DNA from: an uncultured Oscillospiraceae bacterium
GTDB lineage: Bacteria > Bacillota > Clostridia > Oscillospirales > Oscillospiraceae
NCBI GenBank assembly: GCA_949878425.1
Contig: CATLAL010000006.1
Span: 1,075-65,074 of the forward strand
Direction: 5' to 3'
Length of the DNA stretch: 64,000 nt
The notes beneath the pieces are model-generated. The model was not told where the DNA came from, did not search any database, and saw only the letters and a list, made by a program, of their open reading frames with translations. Position numbers and translations under genes: made by a program. Shown here piece by piece: positions 1-7,669 of the stretch; positions within the stretch are counted from its first letter, which is position 1; each line of letters opens with the position of its first letter.

Positions 1-1357
1 AGCAGTGCTCCGGGGCAACCTTCAGCTGGCCGGAGACATGGTGGCGCACCAGCTCGGAGAGAAACTCGCTGTTTTCCTCGCAGAGCAGGTAGTCGTAGCG
101 GATGCCGCTGCGGATAAACACCTTTTTCACCCCCGGCACGGCCCGCACCTTCCGCAGCAGTGCCAGGTAGTCGGCGTGGCTGGGGTCCAGGTTCTTGCAG
201 GGGGTGGGGGCCAGACAGGAGCGGTTTTTGCACATGCCGTTTTTCAGCTGCTGCTGGCAGGAGGGGTGGCGGAAGTTGGCCGAAGGCCCCCCCACGTCGT
301 GTACGTAACCCTTGAACTGGGGGTCCCGGGTAAACCCCTCCACCTCCCGGACCACGCTCTCGTGGCTGCGGGAGGTGACCATCCGCCCCTGGTGGAAGGC
401 CAGGGAGCAGAAGTTGCACCCGCCGAAGCACCCCCGGTTGTGGGTGACGGAGAAGCGGACCTCCTCGATGGCCGCCACGCCCCCCAGGGGCTCGTACATG
501 GGGTGGACCTCCCGGGCGTAGGGCAGCTCCGCCACGGCGTCCAGCTCCGAGCGGCTCAGGGGCATGGCCGGCGGGTTCACCACCAGGGTCCGGTCCCCGT
601 GGCGCTGGAGGAGGGCCCGGCCCCGGATGGGGTCGTGCTCCTCGTACTCCAGCCTCGTGGCCAGGGCGTAGTCCCGCTTACTGGCGCACACAGCCTCAAA
701 GGAGGGGAGCTCCACGGCCTCAAAGGGGAGCTCCGGTCCGTTCCGGCCCGCCCAGCAGGTCCCTCGGATGTCCGTGAGGCGCTCCACCGGCTCCCCCCTG
801 GCCAGGCGGTCCGCGATCTCCCGGGTGGCACGCTCCCCCATGCCGTAGACCAGCAGGTCCGCCCCCGCGTCGAAGAGGATGGACCGGCGCACGGCGTCGT
901 CCCAGTAGTCGTAGTGGGCAAAGCGGCGGAGGCTGGCCTCCAGCCCGCCGATGACGACTGGGATGTCCGGAAAGGCCTCCCGGGCGCGGCTTGCGTAGAC
1001 GATGGTGGGCCGGTCGGGCCGCAGGCCCATCCGGTTCCCGGGGCTGTAGGCGTCGCTGGAGCGGCGCTTTTTCGCGGCGGTGTAGTGGGCCACCATGGAG
1101 TCGATGTTCCCTCCGCCGATCAGGACGCCGTACCGGGGCCGGCCCATGGCCCGGAAGGCGTCGGCGCTGTGCCAGTCTGGCTGGGCCAGCACCGCCGTCC
1201 GGTAGCCCGCCGCCTCCAGGCACCGGGCGATGATAGCGGTGCCGAAGCTGGGGTGGTCCACATAGGCATCCGCAGTGACCACCAGGAAGTCGTAGTACCA
1301 CCAGTCCCGGCTGTGCATGTCCTCCCGGGATACGGGAAGGAAAGCGGTTGTATCCAT
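1..1357 (-). CDS. YgiQ-family (UPF0313) radical SAM protein; N-terminus at 1357, C-terminal part lies beyond the left edge
   Basis: Absent from the ORF track because it has no stop in the window. My minus-strand translation from ATG 1357-1355 (RBS taggagg about 1364-1370) reads MDTTAFLPVSREDMHSRDWWYYDFLVVTADAYVDHPSFGTAIIARCLEAAGY...THNRGCFGGCNFCSLAFHQG (CxxxCxxC cluster), open to position 1. Track ORF 5..1420 + is its antisense shadow. Confidence 0.85.
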   Translation of the reverse strand, partial: MDTTAFLPVSREDMHSRDWWYYDFLVVTADAYVDHPSFGTAIIARCLEAAGYRTAVLAQPDWHSADAFRAMGRPRYGVLIGGGNIDSMVAHYTAAKKRRSSDAYSPGNRMGLRPDRPTIVYASRAREAFPDIPVVIGGLEASLRRFAHYDYWDDAVRRSILFDAGADLLVYGMGERATREIADRLARGEPVERLTDIRGTCWAGRNGPELPFEAVELPSFEAVCASKRDYALATRLEYEEHDPIRGRALLQRHGDRTLVVNPPAMPLSRSELDAVAELPYAREVHPMYEPLGGVAAIEEVRFSVTHNRGCFGGCNFCSLAFHQGRMVTSRSHESVVREVEGFTRDPQFKGYVHDVGGPSANFRHPSCQQQLKNGMCKNRSCLAPTPCKNLDPSHADYLALLRKVRAVPGVKKVFIRSGIRYDYLLCEENSEFLSELVRHHVSGQLKVAPEHC

Positions 1358-1526
1358 AGCCTGCCTCCTATCTGTTTCGGTTTTTTCCAGTATACCATAA
1401 AGCGAGACAAAAAAATATAGGCAACACACTTGAAAAAACAGAAAATGCGTTTTTCCAAGAGTGTTGCCTATGAAGTCTAAAGCTGAGCCGCTTTCGCGGC
1501 TCCCGCAGCGCAATGCGCCGCAGGAC

Positions 1527-1554
1527 TTGAAAAGGATCCCTTGATCCTTTTCAA
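1527..1554. repeat. Palindromic module TTGAAAAGGATC-cctt-GATCCTTTTCAA within a hairpin-rich intergenic region (about 1440-1686)
   Basis: Perfect 12 bp inverted repeat. Neighbouring hairpins are GAGCCGCtttcGCGGCTC (about 1483-1501) and AGCTTGGGCC..GGCCCAAGCT. TTTTCAAgccctttGACTATAG resembles the terminus of the CAGTTGA repeat family seen elsewhere. Confidence 0.4.
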
Positions 1555-1686
1555 GCCCTTTGACTATAGCAGGATTCTTCTCTTGAAAAAGCTTGGGCCC
1601 CCGAAACGAATCCGTGGCCCAAGCTCTTTCGCTCTAAAGAGAACGGCGACCGTCTTTCCACAAAGGCTCTTTTCCGAAACGATCCG

Positions 1687-3138
1687 TCATATCCGCTTCC
1701 AGCTGGAGCCCTCCTTGGTATCCGCCACCTCAATGCCCCGGGCACGCAGCTCCTCCCGGATGCTGTCCGCCAGGGTGAAGTCCCGGGCCTTCTTGGCCTG
1801 GGCCCGCCGGAGGACCAGAGCGTCAATCTCCGGGTCCCCCTCGCCAGTGATGACAATGCCGCCGGAGGCGCTGGAGGCGGCCTTGGACTTGGCGTCCGCC
1901 TCCCGCTTCGCCGCCGCCTTCTCTATAAGGCCAAGGCCCAGCACCTGGTCAAAGTCCGCCAGAAGCGCCAGCTTGGTCCGGCCCCCGGCGCTGAGCTTGA
2001 GCACGTCATAGAGGGCGGTGACGCCAAGGGAGGTGTTCAGATCGTTTCCCATGGCGGCGCGGAACCGCTCCCTCTGCTCCTCCACCACTGCCCGGTCCAC
2101 CGCGCCCTCCTCCGGGTCCAGGGCCGCGGTCCGGGCGATCAGCTTGCCGTAGGCCCCCTGGGCGTTGTCCAGATTCTCCCAGGTAAAAACCAGGGACTTG
2201 CGGTAGTGGCTCTGGAGGCAGAAGAGCCGGTAGGCCAGGGGGTCGTACCCCTTCTCCTCCAGGAGGGACACGGTGAGAAACTCCCCCCTGCTCTTGCTCA
2301 TCTTGCCGGAGTTGGTATTGAGATGGAGCACATGCATCCACCAGCTGCACCACTTGTGGCCCAGATAGGCCTCGCTCTGAGCGATCTCGTTGGTGTGGTG
2401 GGGGAAGGCGTTGTCAATGCCGCCGCAGTGGATGTCCAGGTCCTCCCCCAAGTGCTTCATGGAGATACCGGAGCACTCGATGTGCCAGCCCGGGTAGCCC
2501 ACCCCCCAAGGGGAGTCCCACTTGAGGGCCTGGTCCTCGAACTTGGACTGGGTGAACCAGAGAACAAAGTCGTTCTTGTTTCGCTTGTTCCGGTCCTCCT
2601 CCACGCCCTCCCGGACGCCCACCGCCAGATCCTCGGCGTCGTGGTCGTTGAAGATATAGTACCGCTCCAGCCGGCTGGTGTCAAAATACACGTTTCCTCC
2701 GGCCCGGTAGGCATAGCCGGTGTCCAGAAGCCTGGCGATGATTTTGGTATACTCATCGATGCAGGCGGTGGCGGGCTCCACCACGTCGGGCCGCTTGATG
2801 TTCAGCTTGCGGCAGTCCTCGAAGAAGGCGTCGGTATAGAAGCGGGCAATGTCCATAACGGACTTGTTCTCCCGCCTGGCCCCCTTGAGCATCTTGTCCT
2901 CGCCGGTGTCGGCGTCGCTGGAGAGGTGGCCCACGTCGGTGATGTTCATCACCCGCTTGACGTTGTAGCCCTCCCAGCGCAGGAACTTCTCCAGCACGTC
3001 CTCCATGATATAGGTGCGCAGGTTCCCGATGTGGGCGAAGTGGTACACCGTGGGGCCGCAGGTGTACATCTTCACCACATCCGGGTGGTTGGGGACAAAC
3101 GCCTCCTTGCGGCGGGTGGCGGAATTATAGAGGTACAT
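1687..3138 (-). CDS. cysS: Cysteine--tRNA ligase
   Basis: 483 aa. CGPTVYHFAHIGNLRTY (HIGH-type) and GKMSKSRGEF (KMSKS) motifs. Starts 3 nt after the cysE stop. Confidence 0.95.
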   Translation of the reverse strand: MYLYNSATRRKEAFVPNHPDVVKMYTCGPTVYHFAHIGNLRTYIMEDVLEKFLRWEGYNVKRVMNITDVGHLSSDADTGEDKMLKGARRENKSVMDIARFYTDAFFEDCRKLNIKRPDVVEPATACIDEYTKIIARLLDTGYAYRAGGNVYFDTSRLERYYIFNDHDAEDLAVGVREGVEEDRNKRNKNDFVLWFTQSKFEDQALKWDSPWGVGYPGWHIECSGISMKHLGEDLDIHCGGIDNAFPHHTNEIAQSEAYLGHKWCSWWMHVLHLNTNSGKMSKSRGEFLTVSLLEEKGYDPLAYRLFCLQSHYRKSLVFTWENLDNAQGAYGKLIARTAALDPEEGAVDRAVVEEQRERFRAAMGNDLNTSLGVTALYDVLKLSAGGRTKLALLADFDQVLGLGLIEKAAAKREADAKSKAASSASGGIVITGEGDPEIDALVLRRAQAKKARDFTLADSIREELRARGIEVADTKEGSSWKRI

Positions 3139-3140
3139 AT

Positions 3141-3800
3141 CTATTCTTCTCCTTCTGGTTGAATGGTTTTTTCAGCTTCATCCAGCTTTTTCTCCAGCTC
3201 CTCCACCCGGCGGGTGAGGGCCTCTATTTTTTGCAGCGTGGGGTTGGTGACGCTTGTCTGGTCCACCTCGTCGGCGTAGCGGCGGACCCTTTCGCCGTTC
3301 ACCCGGACGATCTGGGCGGGCACGCCAACGGCGGTGGCATTGGCAGGCACATCCTGGAGCACCACCGCCCCTGCGGCGATGCGGGCGTTGTCGTGGACGG
3401 TGATGGGGCCCAGAACCCGGGCCCCCGCCCCCACCATGACGTTGCTGCCCAGGGTGGGGTGGCGCTTTCCCATCTCCTTGCCCGTGCCGCCCAGGGTAAC
3501 CCCCTGGTAGAGCAGCACGTCGTCGCCGATCTCCGCGGTCTCGCCGATGACGATGCCCGTGCCGTGGTCGATCACCAGGCGGCGGCCGATGACGGCTCCG
3601 GGGTGGATCTCAATTCCGGTCCAGAACCGGGCCCACTGGGAGATAAACCGGGCCAGAAAGCACAGCTGATGCCGGTGGAGCCAGTGGGCGAAGCGGTAGT
3701 ACAAGGTGGCGTGCACGCCGGCGTACAGCAGGAGGATCTCCAGACAGCTCCGGGCGGCGGGGTCGCGCCGCTGGTAGGCGCGGAGAGTTTCCATCAGCAT
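3141..3800 (-). CDS. cysE: Serine O-acetyltransferase
   Basis: Hexapeptide-repeat region [46 protein letters not shown]. Start set to ATG 3800 ([10 protein letters not shown]); the track start 3869 falls inside the upstream terminator hairpin. Confidence 0.88.
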   Translation of the reverse strand: MLMETLRAYQRRDPAARSCLEILLLYAGVHATLYYRFAHWLHRHQLCFLARFISQWARFWTGIEIHPGAVIGRRLVIDHGTGIVIGETAEIGDDVLLYQGVTLGGTGKEMGKRHPTLGSNVMVGAGARVLGPITVHDNARIAAGAVVLQDVPANATAVGVPAQIVRVNGERVRRYADEVDQTSVTNPTLQKIEALTRRVEELEKKLDEAEKTIQPEGEE

Positions 3801-3834
3801 AGGGGTTCCATATCCTTTTCTGCGTGGTTCCGCC

Positions 3835-4135
3835 GGGCGGGGCCGCTGGAAAGCGCCCCGCCGTCCCAACGGACGGCGGGGCGCCTGCGCGGTCCCACTC
3901 CCCTGACGGATGCACTTCCATTATATTACCAGCGGATGGGACTGGTGTCAAGAACAGCTTTGGAATGGAATACGCCCCCTTTTTCCGGTCCGGGCAGGTC
4001 TCCCTGGACAGTCCCAGCCGGCACACCGTCTCCACCGGGACCGGCGCGGCGACGCAGTCCGAACAGCGGCAGTTGGGGCCGTCTTGACTGCCCATGATAA
4101 CACGCTCTGCTGCCGCGCATACCGTGCCGCTAAGG
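3835..4135 (-). promoter_or_regulatory. T-box leader (probable Cys specificity) upstream of cysE-cysS
   Basis: Minus strand carries GGGGAGTGGGACCGCG (3903-3888), close to the T-box consensus GGGTGGTACCGCG. It is followed directly by terminator stem CGCCCCGCCGTCC-gttg-GGACGGCGGGGCG (3882-3854) and CTTTCC. A Stem-I-like segment CCGGTGGAGA lies upstream. The 5' boundary and specifier are not securely placed (TGC candidates near 4054-4056 and about 4030). Confidence 0.55.
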
Positions 4136-4196
4136 CATTTCTGTGGAAAAGAGGGAGCGGAAAGCCGTGCGGTCTCCCCTTTTTCTCTCCGCCCCC

Positions 4197-4257
4197 TTGA
4201 CACCGCCTCCCGAATGTTGTATACTGCACCCAGATACTATTTATTAAACAGTAGTAT
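4197..4257 (+). promoter_or_regulatory. Sigma-70-type promoter plus inverted-repeat operator candidate for the HAAS-PadR operon
   Basis: TTGACA (4197-4202), 17 nt spacer, TATACT (4220-4225). Downstream inverted repeat ATACTA (4234-4239) N12 TAGTAT (4252-4257), and direct repeat ACAGTAG x2. Confidence 0.5.
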
Positions 4258-4282
4258 TGTACAGTAGAAAGGATGATGTTCT

Positions 4283-6025
4283 ATGAAGCTTGCGGATCTG
4301 GGTCTCCGAAAAGCGCCCCCCGCCACCCGGCAGGCCTGGCTGGACCAGCTGGGCAAGGCGCTCACCGGGTATTTCCTCGCGGGGCAGATTCTGGACATCC
4401 TCTCCGACTACGCCGGCCGGCTTCAGGAGGCCTGGGAGCGCACCAGGAGCGAGGAGGCGGCCCTCAAGGCCGTGGACGCCCCGGAGGAGGCGGCGGCGCG
4501 GCTGCTGGAGGAGGAGCCTGCCGCCGGCCGGCTGCGCCGGTGGGCGCTTTGGGGCGCGGCGCTGCTGCTGTGCTGCGGGGGGCTGCGGGTGTGTCTGGCC
4601 TCCGCGGCCCCGGCGGTCTTCTGGACGGGCTCCTGCCTCTTCCTCCCCCTGGCCGGGTCCGCCCTGTTCCTGCTGCTCCAGGGGCCGGACCGGGTGGAGA
4701 TCGAGGGCCGGTTCCCGCCGGAGGGGACGGCCTCCCCTGTTCCGGTCTACTGCGTGCCCTTCGCCCTGACGGCGGCCTACGAGGCGGTTGAGCAGCTCCT
4801 GGCGGCGGCGCTGGGGGCGGGCTGGATACCCCCTGCCGCCGTCCCCCTAGGCGAGCTCAACACCTGCTTCCTCCTTGCCCTGGAGCTGGTCCTGCTCCTG
4901 CTGGCGGCGTGGCTGCTCCTGCGGAGCGTCACGGCCTCCATCCGCTATTTCCCGGGCGTCCTGCACACGGTGGGGGCGGGCGGAACCCTCTTTTACTCTT
5001 ATCTCTTTTTCACCTCCACCAATGTGGAGACGCCCTGGGGCATCTCCCTGGCGCTGCCGCTGCGCCTGCTGCCCTACTGCGCCGGACTGGCCTCGGCGCT
5101 GGTGTTCCAGCGGTGGGTGGACGGCTGCGCGCCCCTCCCCCGCTGCTTCCTGGACGCCTCCCTCACCCGCCGGGGCTGGCTCCACCGGCTGGGGCAGCGC
5201 CTGCTGGCCTGGTTTCCCGCCGGGCAGGCCCTGGAGGTCCTGGAGGACTACCGGGAGCAGTTCGACCTGGGCGCGGAGCGGGGCAGGTCCGACGCGGAGC
5301 TGATCTTTCACATAGGCCGTCCGGAGACCGTGGTCCGGGACCTTATCCGGGAGGCCCCGGGGGCCCGGCTGTACCGCCGCCGGTCCCTGCGGTGGGCGCT
5401 CCCGCTGGCGGCGGGCGTCTGGCTCCTGCTGCAAGTCTTCCGCACCTATACCGGGAGCAATACCGGCCATCTCTACCGGTGGTACACGCCCCAGATCGCC
5501 GCGCTGGCCCTGCCGCTGGCGGCTGTGCCCCTCTTCGCCCTGGTCCACGGGCGGGGGCGGAGCCTGCTGGAGGCCCGGTTCCCGGCGGAGCGGGGGCCCA
5601 CCCTCTGGCCCGTCCTGCTGCCGCTGACGGCGACGGCTCTGACCGCAGGGGGCGGCGCGTATCTGATCCGCAGAGCGGACGATTTCCCGGCCCTCCTGAA
5701 GCTGTTCACCGGCCTTTCCGTGGCGGATCTTGTGGCCCTCTCCGTTCTGCTGCTGGCCGTGGTGCTGGTGTGGACCCTGTCCCGGTGCTTCTCCGGCTCC
5801 ATCCGGTACTTCCCCGCCGCCCTCCACGCCGCCGGGAGCATGGCCTGTGTGCTGTGCGCGGGGACCTTTCTCCACGGCATAGATGTGGAGTACGCTACAG
5901 TCTGCTGGCACGCGGCCATCCGGGGCTATCTCCTCAATCTGCTGCCCTACCTGGCGGGCCTGCTGCTGGCCCTGGCGTTCCGGTGGGTGATCCGGCGGAG
6001 CGGGTCGGAAGGAGGAGAGGGATGA
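4283..6025 (+). CDS. Polytopic membrane protein made of two tandem HAAS/DUF1700-like helix + TM modules
   Basis: 580 aa. Two halves of about 290 aa align with each other: ILDILSDYAGRLQEAWERTRSEEAALKAVDAPEEAAARLLEE vs ALEVLEDYREQFDLGAERGRSDAELIFHIGRPETVVRDLIRE, and SIRYFPGVLHTVGAGG vs SIRYFPAALHAAGSMA. Multiple hydrophobic segments. RBS aaagga upstream. Confidence 0.75.
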   Translation: MKLADLGLRKAPPATRQAWLDQLGKALTGYFLAGQILDILSDYAGRLQEAWERTRSEEAALKAVDAPEEAAARLLEEEPAAGRLRRWALWGAALLLCCGGLRVCLASAAPAVFWTGSCLFLPLAGSALFLLLQGPDRVEIEGRFPPEGTASPVPVYCVPFALTAAYEAVEQLLAAALGAGWIPPAAVPLGELNTCFLLALELVLLLLAAWLLLRSVTASIRYFPGVLHTVGAGGTLFYSYLFFTSTNVETPWGISLALPLRLLPYCAGLASALVFQRWVDGCAPLPRCFLDASLTRRGWLHRLGQRLLAWFPAGQALEVLEDYREQFDLGAERGRSDAELIFHIGRPETVVRDLIREAPGARLYRRRSLRWALPLAAGVWLLLQVFRTYTGSNTGHLYRWYTPQIAALALPLAAVPLFALVHGRGRSLLEARFPAERGPTLWPVLLPLTATALTAGGGAYLIRRADDFPALLKLFTGLSVADLVALSVLLLAVVLVWTLSRCFSGSIRYFPAALHAAGSMACVLCAGTFLHGIDVEYATVCWHAAIRGYLLNLLPYLAGLLLALAFRWVIRRSGSEGGEG

Positions 6026-6026
6026 T

Positions 6027-6338
6027 ATGGACGCCCAGCTGAAGAAGGGCATTTTGGAGCTGTGCCTGCTGCAAACCATCAGCGGCGAGCCCCAGTACGG
6101 CTACGACATCATCCAGCAGATGCGCCAGTACTTCCCCGAGGTGACGGAGAGCACCTTCTACGCCATCCTGCGCCGCCTGAGCAGGGAGGGCGCGGCGGAC
6201 ACCTTCCAGGGCAGCGTCTCCCACGGCCCGGTGCGCAAGTACTACCGTCTGACCGACGAGGGCCGCCAGCGGCTGGACCGCATGGCTGCGGACTGGCGGC
6301 GTCTGCGGGAGGTGGCCGAGCAGCTGGGCATCCAATAA
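6027..6338 (+). CDS. PadR-family transcriptional regulator
   Basis: 103 aa. KGILELCLLQTISGEPQYGYDIIQQM...STFYAILRRLSREG...RKYYRLTDEG is a typical PadR winged helix. ATG lies 1 nt after the upstream stop (translational coupling). Confidence 0.9.
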   Translation: MDAQLKKGILELCLLQTISGEPQYGYDIIQQMRQYFPEVTESTFYAILRRLSREGAADTFQGSVSHGPVRKYYRLTDEGRQRLDRMAADWRRLREVAEQLGIQ

Positions 6339-6363
6339 ATGGGCCCAGTCCCTCTCCAGCAGG

Positions 6364-6782
6364 TTGATTGACTTGGCGGCGATGCCGTGGTATGCTTATG
6401 AAAAGCGCCCGACAGGCGCAAAGCGTACGCTGGGGGCGCCCCGCCTCTACAGAAGCCTTGTCTATCAGGGCGAAGTCTTCCTTCTGCTGGAATACATAGA
6501 GGGGAAGGACCTTCGAAAATGTGACCGGAAGTCCCTGACCGCCGCTCTGGACGCGCTGATCTATTTACAGAATACCTATTGGGAGCGGCGGGAGCTGCAA
6601 GGGATCGGCTACGGCTTCCAGGCCAGCCTGCCGGGGCGGCAAAAGCGCGGCAGCTATATTTGAAGGACCCGGACCTTGCCAGGGCCTATGAGACCTACCT
6701 GCGGCTGTACGCGGAGGTCCCGCGGACGCTGTGCCACGACGATCTGCTGCCCTTTAAGGAGCATATAAAACGATTGCTCTGA
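6364..6782 (+). pseudogene. Remnant of an aminoglycoside/choline-kinase-like phosphotransferase (frameshifted, truncated at both ends)
   Basis: Two track ORFs in different frames (6364..6663 and 6579..6782) join to FLLLEYIEGKDL...ALDALIYLQNTYW...RGSY|LKDPDLARAYETYLRLYAEVPRTLCHDDLLPF (HxD catalytic-loop-like CHDDLLPF). Frame break near 6655-6662. No N-terminal lobe, and no sequence after the catalytic loop. Confidence 0.5.
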
Positions 6783-6803
6783 AAAATCTGAACCGGGGGA
6801 TAC

Positions 6804-6836
6804 AGTGAGAGGGAGGCGATCCGCCTCCCTCTCACT
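6804..6836. terminator. Strong GC hairpin between the kinase remnant and the ruvC 3' end
   Basis: AGTGAGAGGGAGGCG-atc-CGCCTCCCTCTCACT, a perfect 15 bp stem. Confidence 0.5.
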
Positions 6837-6892
6837 CCGGTACGCGCCAGCGCGGCATTGGGCGCTGTTTGAAATCTGACCCGCAGGCGGCT

Positions 6893-7414
6893 CTACCTGG
6901 TGTCGTAGCGCTTAGGGTCAAATTTTCGCTCCATGTTCAGCAGGCTGGTGGCGCTGCGGCTGTGGCAGATGGCAATGGCCAGCGCGTCCGCCGCATCGTC
7001 GGGCCGGGGTATGGCCTTCATTTTCAGCAGCCGCTGCGTCATCAGCATCACCTGCCGCTTGTCCGCCCCGCCGTAGCCCGCCACCGCCTGCTTGACCTGC
7101 ATGGGGGTGTACTCGAATACCGGTACCCCGGCCCGCTCCAGCTCCAGCAGAAGCACGCCCCGCCCGTGGGCCACGGCAATGCCCGTGGTGATGTTCTTGG
7201 AGAAAAATAGCTCCTCCACCGCCGCCTCCTCCGGCTGGAACTGCTCCAGCAGCTGGGACATGTCCTGGGAAATCTGCCAGAGCCGGTGGGATAGAGGCAG
7301 CCCCGCCGGAGTCGTAATCACGCCGTATTGAATGAGACGCGCGTTGGCCCGGTCCGCCTCAACTACCCCAAAGCCAATCGTCGCTACCCCCGGATCGATG
7401 CCTAAAACGCGCAT
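6893..7414 (-). CDS. ruvC: Crossover junction endodeoxyribonuclease RuvC
   Basis: 173 aa. MRVLGIDPGVATIGFGVVE...EELFFSKN...PDDAADALAIAICH, the canonical RuvC acidic motifs. Confidence 0.95.
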   Translation of the reverse strand: MRVLGIDPGVATIGFGVVEADRANARLIQYGVITTPAGLPLSHRLWQISQDMSQLLEQFQPEEAAVEELFFSKNITTGIAVAHGRGVLLLELERAGVPVFEYTPMQVKQAVAGYGGADKRQVMLMTQRLLKMKAIPRPDDAADALAIAICHSRSATSLLNMERKFDPKRYDTR

Positions 7415-7438
7415 TGCCGTGCTACCTCTCTGTTTTTT

Positions 7439-7669
7439 GCATACATACTTTTTCTTTTTGAAAAAAGAAAAAATATCAAAAAGAAAAACTTTTTGCGCGA
7501 AACTACGTTTCGCTTACGCTTAGAGCCAGCAGATAAAACAACTGCGGCGCACGCCAGCCAGCTTCTGCCTTGACGTGATGAAAAACCGGAATAAAATACG
7601 GAGAAAGGCGCTAGCCTTTCGACTAAAGTTCTTTTTGATTCTTTTTCTTTCAAGAAAAAGAATGGATAC
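7439..7669. repeat. Composite modular repeat unit (about 230 bp) bounded by inverted hairpin modules
   Basis: Left end GCATACATACTTTTTCTTTTTgAAAAAAGAAAAAATATCAAAAAG, right end CTTTTTGATTCTTTTTCTTtcAAGAAAAAGAATGGATAC. Internal modules are TTTGCGCGAAACtacGTTTCGC, AAAACAACTGCGGCGC and GAGAAAGGCGctaGCCTTTCGA, all shared with other loci. Confidence 0.7.

Noticed and set aside
3918-3951. Near-perfect sigma-70 promoter (minus strand TTGACA-17-TAATAT) inside the cysE-cysS leader.
   Set aside because: A transcript starting there would begin only about 15 nt before the T-box sequence and would lack Stem I and the specifier. It is more likely chance resemblance in the AT-richer Stem III region. It cannot be excluded as an internal promoter without 5'-end mapping.
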